A stretch of 64,000 nucleotides of DNA from the human T2T-CHM13v2.0 reference genome, Homo sapiens (GCF_009914755.1 NC_060926.1); one strand, 5' to 3'; positions 1 to 38,772 are shown, numbered from the stretch's first letter. Notes: generated by a model from the letters alone, not told the origin. A program made the numbers and translations.

Positions 1-128
1 TTAAAGAATTCAATGCTTGCCAGAGCTGGGCCGTATATTTGACTCAAAGTTTCCTAGCAGCCTGTGTGAAAAGGGAAATCTGATTAGTTATGCAGTTTAC
101 AATAACTATGTGATAAAGGCAAACTCTT

Positions 129-1055
<927 letters not shown>

Positions 1056-2111
1056 TAGAGCTCCTTAGGCCTCCCTCAGATCCATGGGATGCACTGGGAC
1101 TGTTCCTTTAGCTACACAGATACATGACCATGTTCATCCTCTGCAGTTATTTAGTTATTACCCCAATCTTTCAGTGAAGTCTCTGCTAGACAAATGGAGT
1201 TGTAAGGTGACCTTGGTGTGACGGCAGGGGTAGTGATTATGATGGTGGTGATGTGAAAGGGTAGTGGTGAAAGTGAAGGGGATGAGGGTAGGGGTGGGGG
1301 GTGGTTACTTAAGGCTGCAGTCTGCAGTCTACTGCCGTGGCTGCTGAGAACAGTCTCTATTTGTCTGCCGTCAGTCTATCCAGATCCTTCTACCTGGGGG
1401 AAGATCTGGACTGGCCAAGCCTGGTCACATGGCAGCAACCAGGTTGCAACCAACAAAATTTCCTCTCTGGAGGGAAAATTAATCTAGATTTAGAAACTGC
1501 CAAGAGCTGGGTTTCTCAAGCCACCTTGGCCTTGAACTTCCTCCAAGGGCGGTCATCAGCAAGGGTGTAAGAGGTACTTGGGAGCCTGCAGTTGGTGGAG
1601 CTGAGATGGGTGTGGAGACCCCGCCTTTGTGATGGCCTGCAGGTTTCAGTTTTAAGCACGTGGCTTTAAAGGGGACTTTCCCCACCAGAGGAGGAAGAAC
1701 TGACAATTGGAACAGCCCCTGAGCTTAACAAACTTTGCTGAAAGCAGCTACAATTGTCAAGCAATAAAGACTGAGATGGTAGAGTGTCCACACAGCTGCC
1801 GGCCGCTAGAGCCAAGACTGAAATCCAGAACCTTAGCCTGACCAAACCGGGAGTTCGTGAAAGCACAAAGCCTTCTGTGGGAAGGAGAAGGGAAATGAAA
1901 GCTAATATTAGGCTAAGCAGTTGTTGATAACGTTAAAAGTTTATGCCAAGTCAATGTGAAGAAAGAAATGACCAAAGATGGGCTTTCTGGTGGAGGAGAT
2001 AAAGGATCATTGAGATGAAATGAGACCAGCATACCTTCCCTGAGATGCAAATTGCCCTCACCCCCCAATCTCAGCTAGGGAGACTGGGGGAGGGAGCTCT
2101 TTAAAAAATCA

Positions 2112-4027
<1,916 letters not shown>

Positions 4028-4621
4028 CTATATACTGTAAGGACTAAGGCTATAATCACCTTAAGAGATTTCATGACTCTGCAACTTCCCCATGTGTGGG
4101 ATTTTTGTCTTCTCACCTGTATTTCCCTAGACAGACTAGTAATTAAACATCTAAAACAAAAAGGGTCAGTGCCCTGTAAGCGTGTAGAGTATCCTGACTC
4201 AGCCAGCAGGTATCTTCCGCTCACTGGGCCCACACTGGCCACAAGGCCAGGACATAGCTTCTGTCTCAGAATCCTAGTCATGGCTCTGTGGTGCCATCTT
4301 TTTAGAAGTAGAAGTATTTCTTGAGGGCTACAATGTGCCAGGCACTGGACTGGTGGTCTGAGCTCCATCTGCATAGGGGAGGGATTTCAGAGCATTGCCC
4401 CTTAAAGTGAATACTTGTTGCTTGTTCCCCACCCCTCTTTCTCCAGCACAAGACCCTGCTGCAGGTTCCTGACCTCAGAGATCCATTCAGGGGCCAGCAA
4501 ATGACCCTACTGGCCCCATCAGAGTGACTCTCAGCACTGCTGCAGGCACCTGTGGATAAAAGGCTTGCCCTTTTTGGCTTGACTTGATCTGGAAAGGAAT
4601 GAGTTGGAACTACTATTACCA

Positions 4622-6925
<2,304 letters not shown>

Positions 6926-7259
6926 CAGAGCTCCCCTACTCCCAAACCAGAAAACCTGGAGTCATCTTCGATGCCACCCTCTCACCACCCACCCTCTGCA
7001 CTATCCCTGCCAATCACTTGCCAAGTTACCCTGATTCCACCTCCAAATACCTCTCTCATCTCCCGTCTTCACTTTTCATTCATCATTTACTCATTCAATC
7101 ACAAATATTTGCTCTTATCTTCTCTGTGCCAGGCTTTGTGATAGGCATTGGAGTCAGAAGAATGAATGAGACCTGGTAGGAAAATCACAATCTAGTGGTA
7201 AAACAAAAACCAGAACACAATCATAAAGCAATGGGATTCACACTCAGAAATGCATAGAG

Positions 7260-7542
7260 CTGCTGGGCGTGGTGGCTCATGCCTGTAATCCCATCACTTT
7301 GGGAGGCCGAGGTGGGCGGATCATGAGGTCAGGGGTTCGAGACCAGCCTGACCAACATGGTGAAACCCTGTCTCTACTAAAAATACAAAATTAGCTGGGC
7401 GTGGTGGCACATGCCTGTAATCCTGGCTACTCAGGAGGCTAAAGCAGGAGAATCACTTGAACCTGGGAGGCAGAGATTGCAGCAAGCCGAGATCGCACTA
7501 CTGCACTCCAGCTTGGATGACACAGTGAGACTCTGTCTCAAA

Positions 7543-7578
<36 letters not shown>

Positions 7579-7837
7579 TGCACAGAGCATCATAGAGTCC
7601 AGGGCAGGGGTCCCTGACCAAGCTCGGGAATGGTGGGGGATGGGGTGGGGACATCAGTGGAGTTTTTTGGGGTTTTTTGTTTTGCTTTGTTTGAGACAGG
7701 GTCTTGCTCCGTCACCCAGGCTGGAGTGCAGTGGTGTGATCATAGTTCACTGCAACCTTGAACTCCTGGGCTCAAGGGATCCCCCGGCCTCAGCCTCCTG
7801 AGTAGCTGGGATTACAGGCATGAGCCACCACACCCAG
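7260..7837. mobile_element. Alu (+, 7260-7576) and partial Alu (-, 7665-7837)
   Basis: Alu consensus motifs. Confidence 0.9.
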
Positions 7838-7918
7838 TCAATAGACTTTTCTTGATGTGGGTGACACCCAAGCTTTAAGTTTGAAGACTAAAGGAGAGCT
7901 GGCACACCAACAGTATAC

Positions 7919-8017
7919 GAGGGGAGGGGAGGGGAGAGGGGAGGGGAGAGGAGGGGAGAGGGGAGGTGAGAGGGGAAGGGAGGGGAGGGAGGAGGGGAGG
8001 GGAGGGGAGGGGAGAGG
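7919..8017 (+). repeat. GA-rich low-complexity tract (GGGGA)n
   Basis: About 100 bp of almost pure G/A with repeated G4-5 runs. Confidence 0.95.
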
Positions 8018-9000
8018 ACACAGCAGGCTGGTAGGGCAGCTTTGAATATGGCTCAGAGGCGAGGCGAGCAAGGTCTGAATCACTTCTGCTCCAAGTCCAG
8101 GCCCACATTACTTCTTATACGGACAAGAGGCCAGTAACTGCTCTACCCACACATTCTCCTCCCCTACCATCAGAAAAATCTCCCTAAAGCTCAAATTTGA
8201 CTTCCTGTCTCCCCTGCTTGCTACCCTCTGCTGGTTCCCCTTTCTGATCTGTGGTGTCTCAGCTCCACCTCTGTTCATAAACTTCATATGGTGCCTTCAA
8301 AAGTATTTCCGTCTCTGGACCTTCATCCCTGCACTACTGTCTGCCTGGAATTTCCTGCCCTGCCTTGGTTGATGAGGTGGACTCCTATTCATACTTCAGA
8401 GTGACTCAGATGTGACTTGTTCCACAAAGTCCCCACCCACTTGCACTCACCTCCGTGGTGCACGTATTCCAGGGCCGTGAGCTTCACCTCTCTGCACGTC
8501 TCCCTCCTGCTACAGCTGTGAGGGTGCAGACCTCCTCTGCTGGCACCAGGGCCCGGCCTGCAGTGGGCCTTTGGCAAATGAGGAACTAGGGCTACCGGTA
8601 GGTGAAAATGCAGCTAATGCCCAGGAAGCTAGAAGCTGTTGGAACATTTCTGAGACCCTTTAGACCTGGAAATAGCTCTATGTTAGAGGGTTGCTGATAG
8701 AGAAGGCTGGAAGTGAGGTCCCTCTGTCCCCAGCTCGCCTCAGACCCTGGTTCCAGATACAGTTGCATGTGTTTCCAACCAAGACTCTGACCTGGCTCCT
8801 CAACCAAACCTCCCCTGCGTCCATGGATCTATCTGAACTCCCATTTATAATCGTAAGAGGCTGTGGGTTAGAGGCGCTGTGCTAATGATGGCTGTATGGT
8901 TATTATGATTGTGAAGTTGTTATATTTTACATAGAATACAAGTTTATGTACATTACGATTAAGACTAGTAAAGCTCTTTGGAACTTTAAAAACAAATCCC

Positions 9001-10715
<1,715 letters not shown>

Positions 10716-10794
10716 AACTTGATGGATATCTTTGTCAGTACATATAATTCTATTTGGTTCTTTTTAATGGTCACATAGTAAGACTTATTATATT

Positions 10795-11005
10795 AGGGTC
10801 AGCAAAGTATGGCCTCTAGACCAAATATGGCCCAGCACCTAAAAGAAGTTGTATGGGAACATAGCCATGCCTATTCCTTTCCATAGAGTCTCAGCCTGCT
10901 TTTGCACTATAGTAGCAGAATTGAAAGGTTGCATCAGAGACTGTGGCCTACAATGCCCGGAGAGTTTACTATCTAGCTCGTTACAGAAAAAGTATGCCAA
11001 CCTGT
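10795..11005. mobile_element. MER58-like hAT-Charlie MITE
   Basis: 'agggtcagcaaagtatggcc...ttacagaaaaagtatgccaacc' resembles MER58 termini. Confidence 0.65.
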
Positions 11006-11132
11006 GCAATATATGGCTGTATCATGCTTTATTTAGCCAGTCCCTGTTAATAACATTTAAATTGTTTCCATTTGTTCAGCATTAGCAAACAATCTCAAAA
11101 TTAACACTTTCGTTTTCAACATTTACATAAGT

Positions 11133-13134
<2,002 letters not shown>

Positions 13135-13429
13135 GATGCAGGACTTAAATAATTGATATCACTGAACCAGTGTGAGCTGCTGAATATCACACTGCCCATA
13201 TTCAGTACTCAATTTAATCCCCACAGTCATATGCCACCTGACAGTCAAGAGAAGCAACTTTGAGGAAAAATATCAACCAACACAGTTTCCTTCTCCTCCA
13301 AGCATGTCTCGGGATATGTCCCCTCCACTCTAACCACTGATGGTAACTGAAGAAGCAATTGTCAGACCTCCTGCACAGTCTCAGACTGTACTAGAAAAGA
13401 TGGATATTTGTGTGTAAAGTTATATATTG

Positions 13430-14870
<1,441 letters not shown>

Positions 14871-14877
14871 CAGATTA

Positions 14878-17415
<2,538 letters not shown>

Positions 17416-17520
17416 ACTGGCCACAGAGTAGAGAAAGAACAGAATGGGAGAAAGACGAGAGGCTTGGGGACCAGTTAGGAGACAACTACAAGTTGAGAGT
17501 AAAGTGATAAAGGCCTAAAT

Positions 17521-18425
<905 letters not shown>

Positions 18426-18431
18426 CCTAAA

Positions 18432-18850
18432 GTAATAATACAATAGTCAACATTTGTTGAGAACTGTGACATACCAGGCACTTTATTACTGATTCTCACT
18501 GCAACCTTGAGGGGAAGTATTATTGGCTCCCTTCTAAAGAAACTGAGGCTGAGAGATGTTGGGTAACTTTCCCAGGGTCACCCTGATGGTATGTGGCAAA
18601 GCTGGGATTCAACTCAGGTCTTACTCCAGAGTTCATGATTAGTCTATGCCACCTGCCGGAGCAGTCAAGAGGAAGGGAGAGGGGAATATATGACTATCAG
18701 GTCTCAGTTCCTGGGAGAATTCACTCACTCACTCACTCACTCACTCACTCACTCACTCACTCATTCATTCATCCATTCAACAAATGCTATTTGCAAAGTA
18801 CTTGGGATTCAAAGACAAATAAGATATGATTGCTGTCCTCGAGTAGCTCA
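18432..18850. mobile_element. MIR fragment (~18432-18650) and L2 3' end with (CACT/CATT)n microsatellite (18721-18780)
   Basis: 'gaaactgaggctgagagatgttgggtaactttcccagggtca' MIR core; 'tcattcattcatccattcaacaaatg' L2 tail. Confidence 0.75.
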
Positions 18851-18857
18851 GAATCTA

Positions 18858-23378
<4,521 letters not shown>

Positions 23379-23644
23379 TCTGCCAAGCTTCTTTAAATAC
23401 AAAAGAAAGAAAAAAGAAACAAAAGGGCTATGAAACCAGTGTATATGTTCATTACAGAAAATTTCAAAACTAAAAGGAAAAAAAGTCCTTCATACCTTAT
23501 CATAAGCTCTCAAAACATCAATCAGAACTGCTTCAATTAGTTTTGTCACCAGAATGTAAACACCTCCAGGATGGGGACATAGTTTTCTTTTTCATGATTG
23601 TGTCCTCAGTGGACCCAGAAGACTCAATAAATATGTATTTATTG

Positions 23645-23800
23645 GGGACTACTAGATGGAAGAGAGAGGGAGTGAGTCAAGGGCTGAAAACCTACCTTCT
23701 GGGTACAATGCTTAGTGCCTGAGTGATATAATCATTCACACCCCAAACCTCAGCATCATGCTATATACCATATAACAAACCTGGGTAACATAAAAAAAAA
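23645..23800 (+). mobile_element. L1PA15/16-like 3'UTR fragment
   Basis: 'ggggactactagatgg...gggctgaaaacctacc..gggtacaatgct...accccaaacctcagcatcatgc..ataccatataacaaacctg'. Confidence 0.75.
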
Positions 23801-23885
23801 TACATCATCCATATTATACCCCCATAACCATATTGACTCTGATAGCCATCCAATCTTTACATGTTTTATTAAAAATAAAAAATGA

Positions 23886-30740
<6,855 letters not shown>

Positions 30741-32658
30741 ATTAATCCTTTTTTTGGAAATGAAATTTCCCATATGGCAGGGCAGCAAGCAAAAGGTTGT
30801 TTTAAATTGAACAGCCTGACCGCTAAGTGAATGAAGGTCATGAAAACCCCAAATAACCATAATATTTCTGCTTACTCTTATTTAAAGAGGAAAAAAAATG
30901 GTTTAGTTACTCTCTCCTTACTCTTGCCTGACTGAAAAAAATGAAGTAACTGTCGAAAACAAAGTTATCTGTTTAGTTAGCTAACCCTCTGCAAAACCAA
31001 GCAAATGAAATCTCTATATTTACTCTTAGTCCCTCCTGCAGTTCAGTACTGTTGTAGGCTTTCCTATCTGCTCCACCATTTTATCAGACTACAGCACTGA
31101 TAATGCCTTAATCTCTATACAATTTATTTATAGACATCACTTACCCATCAGGAGACAATGGGATCAGCGTTGTTCTCCCCATTTTTACAGCCCAAGAAAT
31201 TGAGGCTCCTGATACCCAGGATCACATATGCCAACACCGTAAAATGCTCAGAAAGGCATCGACACAGAGCTTTACTTAATACCCTTCTTTCTACTCCACC
31301 ACACCCCATTTACGGCCAGGTTGGATCTCTTTCTACAAGAGAAATGGAATAAATTTGTGCAGGAGCTCCATACAGGCAATAAAAATATCTCTGGTGACAA
31401 AGTCCTCATTTAAACTCCAGTTTGTTTATCACTAGTTACTACCAAATACAGTCCCTTGGGAGTTCTGAGTGACCCAAAACCTACTTCCTGGACTTCAAGA
31501 TGAGCTTTTAGTTTCTTTGAAATCAGGAAGTGTCTTAAAACCAGATTCAATGAAATACGGTAACAATCTTTTTACTGTGTCCTGTGCTAGGTATTTTATA
31601 TGCATTTTAGCACTTAACCTCCAAACCTCTTATTATTAAACCTCTGTTGTTACGTCCATTTTAAAGATAGAAAAGTCAGGGCACAGAGAGGTTTAGAGAT
31701 CACACAGCCAGCAAATGGTGGACAGTATAAGAGTAACCTCAAAGCAAGCAGTACCCCAGATTCCAATTTCAGTTGACTTAGCCTGGTAACAGTTCAATTT
31801 TATGCAAAACCCACAACTTCAAATGGAAAAAGATAAATTAAAACAACCACAAAAACCAGACAAATGGAGGCTCAGCAGGCCTTGTAGCTCATCCACGGTT
31901 ACACAGAGGATCTCAGAGCCAAAATTCCATGGCCGATCCGTCTTGACTTCAAAGCGCGATCTATTTCCACCAAACCACGGAACCATCGACACGTGGTAAG
32001 GGGCAGTACAAAGATTTGTTGAATTAATAATGCCTGAAAACAAATTGACAATAAGAAGGTAAAAATGGAAAACACAGATAAAATCGGAAAAGCAGACCAC
32101 TTTCAGGAAACAAAAAACTCCAAATTTTCAAGGCAGGGCATTCACGGTGAGCCAAGGCGCTGGGACAAAGTTTGCGCGGGTACCGCCGGACTCCCGGGCT
32201 GCCCGGCGCGGAGTCTTTAACGGAGATGGTTCGCAAGGAATCGGCCTCGGAGCCCGGCAGCCTCCTGGCTTCCCTCCTGACCACCAGTAACCCGGCCGGG
32301 AAACACTGGCGAAGACCGGGGGCCAGTCGCCTTCCCTTTCTGGGCTGTTGGCTTAAAATACACACAAACACAAGTCCCCAGGCGGTCCGCGGCCTCTCAG
32401 TGGGGCTGGAGCTCGCTGCCCGAGGCCCGCCCGGAAGCCATGCACCTGCGGACAGGAGTCTCTCCGAGTCGCAGCTCGCCGCCGAGAAGCACCCACCTCC
32501 CGCGGCCGGCGCAGCCCAAGGCCCTGGCCCCTATAGCCCGGCCTAGGCCCGCCCCAGGCGGGGCTAGGGGCGGCGTGGCGGGCGGGCGCCCCTCGGGCCG
32601 CGCCGGTGAGCAGCGGGAGCCGGCGCCGGGCATTTCCTCTTCCTCCCTACGCGCGGCG

Positions 32659-32676
32659 CGGCGGCGGCGGCGGCGG
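32659..32676 (+). repeat. (CGG)6 repeat in promoter
   Basis: Six uninterrupted CGG units. Confidence 0.9.
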
Positions 32677-32849
32677 CCAGGCCGAGGCTGGGCACGGGCG
32701 CCCGATCGCGGCCTGCTGGCTAGCGCGGGCAAGCGCCGCGCCCCGAGCCGCCGTCGCCGCGTCGCCCCCGTCGCGACCGCCGGCCGCGGGGCCTCCGGGC
32801 GGCTGGGCCCGGCGAGGGCAGCGAGAGGCGGGGCTGGCGTGCGGGCGGC

Positions 32850-33273
32850 GGAAGGAGGCGGAGGAGGAGGAAGAGGAGGAGGAGGAGGCGGCGGCCGGGA
32901 GCCGGGGGAGAGGGGCGGGGGGTGGGCCGGGGGAGGGGAGGAGCGGGATTTGCGGAGCGCCGCGCCGCTGCCGGGAGCCGGCAGGCCCGAGAGTGACCGG
33001 AGTCACGGCGGGCGCCGGCGGAGCTGCGGCGTCGGACCCGCCTCCTGGAGGAGCTCAGCCCCGACCAGGCCCGGCCCCATTCCCGCCCCGCGCCGCCTCC
33101 CCGCCGCCGCCGCCGCCGCCGCCGCGGGAGCGCTCCCCTGCCCACCCCGCCCCCGCGGCCGAGCCCGGGAGTCGAGTGGGAGTCGGCCGGCCGGCGCGGG
33201 CAGCGCCGGGACCCCGCGGGGGACACTGCAGCCGGAGCCCGGGAGGGGCCGCGCCGCCACCGTCTGAACTAGG
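32850..33273 (+). other. KCMF1: Probable KCMF1 5'UTR part of exon 1 (TSS not determinable; start approximate)
   Basis: ATG-free GC-rich stretch leading to the MSRHE ATG, with GGA/GGC runs and (CCG)8. Confidence 0.6.
33101..33124 (+). repeat. (CCG)8 trinucleotide repeat in 5'UTR
   Basis: Eight uninterrupted CCG units. Confidence 0.95.
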
Positions 33274-33289
33274 ATGTCCCGACATGAAG
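33274..33289 (+). CDS. KCMF1: KCMF1 coding exon 1 (MSRHE + first base of Gly6); ZZ/C2H2 zinc-finger E3 ubiquitin ligase
   Basis: ATGTCCCGACATGAAG followed by consensus donor AAG|GTGAGA (GT at 33290-33291). Matches the remembered KCMF1 N-terminus MSRHEGVSCDAC. A at -3, in-frame TGA at 33265-33267 upstream, located inside a CpG island. Confidence 0.9.
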
Positions 33290-35513
33290 GTGAGAGGAGC
33301 CCCCGCCCCCACCCGCACCTCCCGGGCCTCGGCCTACCCCGCCCGGGCCGGGCGCGGCGGAGGGCGGCCGGGAAGCGGCGGAGACTTTGGCCGAGCCCGA
33401 GCCGGGCCCGAGGCGCTGGACCCGGGAGCGAGCGAGCGAGGGCGGAGAGCCGCGGCGCCGCTGCCGCCACGGCCGCGGCCCTTAGCTGGGCCTGGTGCTG
33501 GAGGCGGGGCGGCCCGGGCGGCCGGAGGGTTTGCACTGTCATGGGGCGGAGGGGGAGGGGAGGCGGCGGGGCCCGTTACCGGCGGGAGCTCGGCCTTCGG
33601 GACTGATACCGGACGCCAAGGCCCGCCCGGCCGGTTCAGGAGCCGCGGGCCCCAGCGCGGCCTAGCGCTCCCGCCGCCCCGGAAGAGCCCGGTGTGGTCG
33701 CAGAGCCGGGCCGCGGGCGGCAGCAGGAGGCAAAAGAGCCGGCCCGGGACCCGGCAGGCGCGTCCGGTCGCCGGGAGACGACGGCGAGTGTCCCCGCCTG
33801 CGGGCGACCGCGGGGCTGGCGGGAAGGCTCTGCGGCCAAGGGACGGGAAGCCCTCGCCGCCTGGAGCCCGCCCCGGCCTCGCGGCTAGGCCTCGGCGCGT
33901 CCCTGGGCTCGGGTAACCAAGTTCCCGGGGTGGATCCGACCCCGCCGCAGCAAGCAAACTCCCTGCTCAGTCACCCAGGCGGAGCAGGGCTCGCTCCCCG
34001 CGGCCCTGGTGCCCTCGCCGGCATGTGCTGCCTACCAGACCAGGTTTTGGAAAATGACGATGGTGAGGTCTGTTCATGGTCGGGGGTCGTTTTGGACCTT
34101 GTTTTGCCATTTTAAAACACGATTGGAGTACAGTTGCAAATAAGCAGACAGCTCTAAGCCCAGTCCCAGGGCACAAAGAGACAAATGTTTAGGGTCGATG
34201 TATAGGCTTTGAGCTGGTAAGAAATAAGTTAACTTTAATTTATTGCCATATGGTTTAGAAAAGGAGGAGGGGGTTGTGTTTTCTTTGTTTCACTACTACA
34301 GGTTTTTGGATAAAAAGTGTTAAGAGTCTTGGCGAAAAGTTTGTCCTGCTAAGGTTAATACAAGATTGTAGAAGTGGCTTGAAAGTTTGTGTACTCCGGA
34401 TTTTAAAATCCTGTATAGGTGATGTAGGAGTGGAGAAAGTTTAGTGAGTCAGTTTAGTGTGTGCTTAGCACTATGGGAAGGATATTCTTTGGGAAATACG
34501 GACCTTAGAATTTCAAGGCTGAAAAACTCAGATTGATTAAAATTGTATTTAGAACAAGTTTCAAAATTCGCATTACTAATTGCGACGTTGAAATTGACTC
34601 AACATTCTGTGTTCAACGATTCTGTATTTTAAAAGTTACAAAACTAATATGAAATATACTATATTTTCTTCGCAAAGCATTTGTTGAGTACTTACAGTGT
34701 TCAAGTGTTGGGCATTTTGAAATAATGAGGTACCTAGCCTCATTGAAAGGGACACAGAAGTAGGAAGCTATGCCTCTTTTCCCCACTTCGTCTGCTTAAT
34801 CGAAATGTATCCTTATCTCTGTAATTTTAAGAACTCGTAATTAAAGTTATAATCAGTTTTCAATTTGGGATATTAAAGTTTATCTTAAACTGTAGTCCTG
34901 TGTACATTGACCACCTTCAAGACAAAACAAAAGTGAGCAATGGCTGCAAGCTCTCTTACTCTTGAAAACTGGGAGGGTTAGTTAGAGAATCACAGCCATG
35001 GAAGAGTGTTTCAGACCCATTCTCCTTGGTCTAAGAAAGCATACAGATAGTTCCAGACGAGCATTCTAATTGAAGTGTCCTGGGAAGAAAATTCCTTCAC
35101 CCCCAGTGCTCTGTTAGAGTAATTAAAATCTCATATTTGGAACATTCTTGAATGTAACATATATTCTGTAATTTAAGCCCATTTCCCCCCATTTGGTGCT
35201 GTGCAAAGGTGTGTGGTTATGAAACTTATATTACCTTTTAGTTACTTGAATATTGCTGAACCTCAGCACACTAGTAGCACACCTTTCCTAGTAACTTATG
35301 TTAATGTCAGTAAATAGAACATACCTAATGAAAAAGGAACATACCTAAATACATCTGTTGAAGACTTATAGTACAATATTCGACAAGTGATTCTCTTTCA
35401 AGGGTCTAGTTTATGGCCTAAGACAGGAATAGCAGTCTCACGAATCACATTTAACTCATTAGATACATATTTTGTGGAATATTAGTTCAGACTGTCATTA
35501 TTGTCATCAGTAA

Positions 35514-37115
<1,602 letters not shown>

Positions 37116-38694
37116 CTTTACCTCTGCCCTAGACTGGCGCTTTAGAGAGTTGATAGAGCTTGAACTATCAAGAGTCTAGAAGGGGCCCAGTCAGCTTGGG
37201 ATTCCGTCATTTTCTTTGGGTGATGGGAAATGAGTTCACAGACTGAACCAGCTCCTCCGTACTTCACTTTTCAGCAGCACCATGAGGAATGGAAATAATT
37301 GTTCCTCAGGAGTGGACAACAGGCTCCCCACCCTACAGACCCTTAGTGGAGATGGCAGTACCCTACATTTTTCCTGCTTGCCCGTTAATACTTTTCCAGT
37401 GAGAATTGTAGGGCCACTTTTAACTCACTTTGTGGTGTTCTTGTCATGTTAACATTTTATAGACTTTAGCACCCACTTTGTGTTCACCCTGCCAACACTG
37501 TCTAGTTCACAGTGAACCCAATCATTTTTTATCTTGATGTATTTTTTAAAATGTCTCACTATCATACTTTCAAATACATTTAAAATGTAAGTATGTTATT
37601 CAGAGCTTAAAATCTACTTTTAAAGCTTTCCAAATAAAAAAAAGCAACTTAACAAATTGCTCGCTGCTTATTAGCTAAAATGAAATCATGAATGTTCTTG
37701 CATAGATTAGAGCCTAATTGATTACCTGGATCTAGGTACATGTGTCGCCTTAAATCATTCAACCTTTCAGTCACTACTATGTGTAAGGCAGTCTGCTAGG
37801 TTCCAAGGAATGTGGGGCTAAGTGAATAAGATGCAGCTCCTTACTTTAAGTCTGGCAAGGAAGATGCATTTTTTACGTAGCTTCCACAGTGCATTGTGAA
37901 ACATGCCATAAGGAAGGGATAAACACTGATGACAAAGTAATTGCCAACTTTTACTAATTTTGTCAAATTTCAGAGAGGTACTCTACTGTGATTCTAGCAC
38001 TTTTTTCTTGAGTGCCTTCTTAACTCCTTTTTTTTTTTTTTTTTTTAAAGACAGAGTCTCGCTCTGTCGCCCAGGCTGGAATGCAGTGGCGTGATCTTGT
38101 CTCACTACATCCTCCACCTCCTGTGTTCGAGTGATTCTCCTGCCTCAGCCTCCCGAGTAGCTCGGATTATAGGCACCTGCCACTGCTACTGGCTAATTTT
38201 TCTATTTTTAGTGGAGACAGGTTTCACCATGTTGGCCAGGCTGGTCTCGAACTCCTGACCGCAAGTGATCCACCCACCTCAGCCTCCTAAAGTGCTGGGA
38301 TTACCGGTATGAGCCACCACGCCCAGCACCTTCTTAACTCTTTCTGGGCTACTTTTGATTTTGGGTAAAATTGTTTGAGATTTCAAGCCGGTTGCAGTGA
38401 TGTGCACATGTAGTCCCAGCTAGATGGGAGGCTGAGAGACCCTATTTCTTTAAAAAAAAAAAAACAAAAAAAAACAAATTGAGATTTCAAGTAGAGTCCT
38501 TATCTTTATCTGATTTATAATTTCTCTAGCTTTTTGAAGATTTTCACATGTAAAAATGATAGTGGATAAATGAGCAGGTGGTCATATTGTTATGCTAGTT
38601 TCAGAAGTATCTGATACTATTTATTTTTAAAATGTAAAATACAAGACTACGTAGGCCATTAATCTACTTAGTCCCAACTTTTTTTGTTTTTATT

Positions 38695-38772
38695 TTTTTA
38701 ATTGGCAAAAATTGTATATATTTATCATGTATAACATGATGTTTTGAAATATGTATACATTGTAGAATGGCA
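38695..38772 (-). mobile_element. Short L1MA-type 3' end
   Basis: 'aattggcaaaaattgtatatatttatcatgtataacatgatgttttgaaatatgtatacattgtagaatggc' flanked by CCAACTTTTT repeats (TSD-like). Confidence 0.7.

Larger units (their letters stand above)
32100..34100. promoter_or_regulatory. KCMF1: CpG island / KCMF1 promoter, 5'UTR and start of intron 1
   Basis: Very high GC and CpG density with no repeats. Many GC boxes (e.g. 32548-32555, 32557-32563), ETS-like CCGGAAG at 32431-32437, E-box CACGTG just upstream at 31990-31995. No obvious TATA box. Confidence 0.93.

Noticed and set aside
13280-13410. Faint resemblance of the translation (SRDMSPP...RPPAQS) to EIF4G2
   Set aside because: Only a few residues match and there is no flanking similarity; not supportable as a pseudogene.
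33290-33606. Continuation of the MSRHE ORF (110 aa) into the intron
   Set aside because: Consensus donor at 33290; the remembered protein continues GVSCDAC, not GERSPRP.
32440-33916. Long ORFs (275 aa, 436 aa) and overlapping minus-strand ORFs in the CpG island
   Set aside because: Stop-codon scarcity in very GC-rich DNA; low-complexity Arg/Gly/Pro/Ala products that run through the splice donor or start upstream of the likely TSS.
35317-35348. 12-bp direct repeat GAACATACCTAA
   Set aside because: Ordinary small duplication; only two copies.
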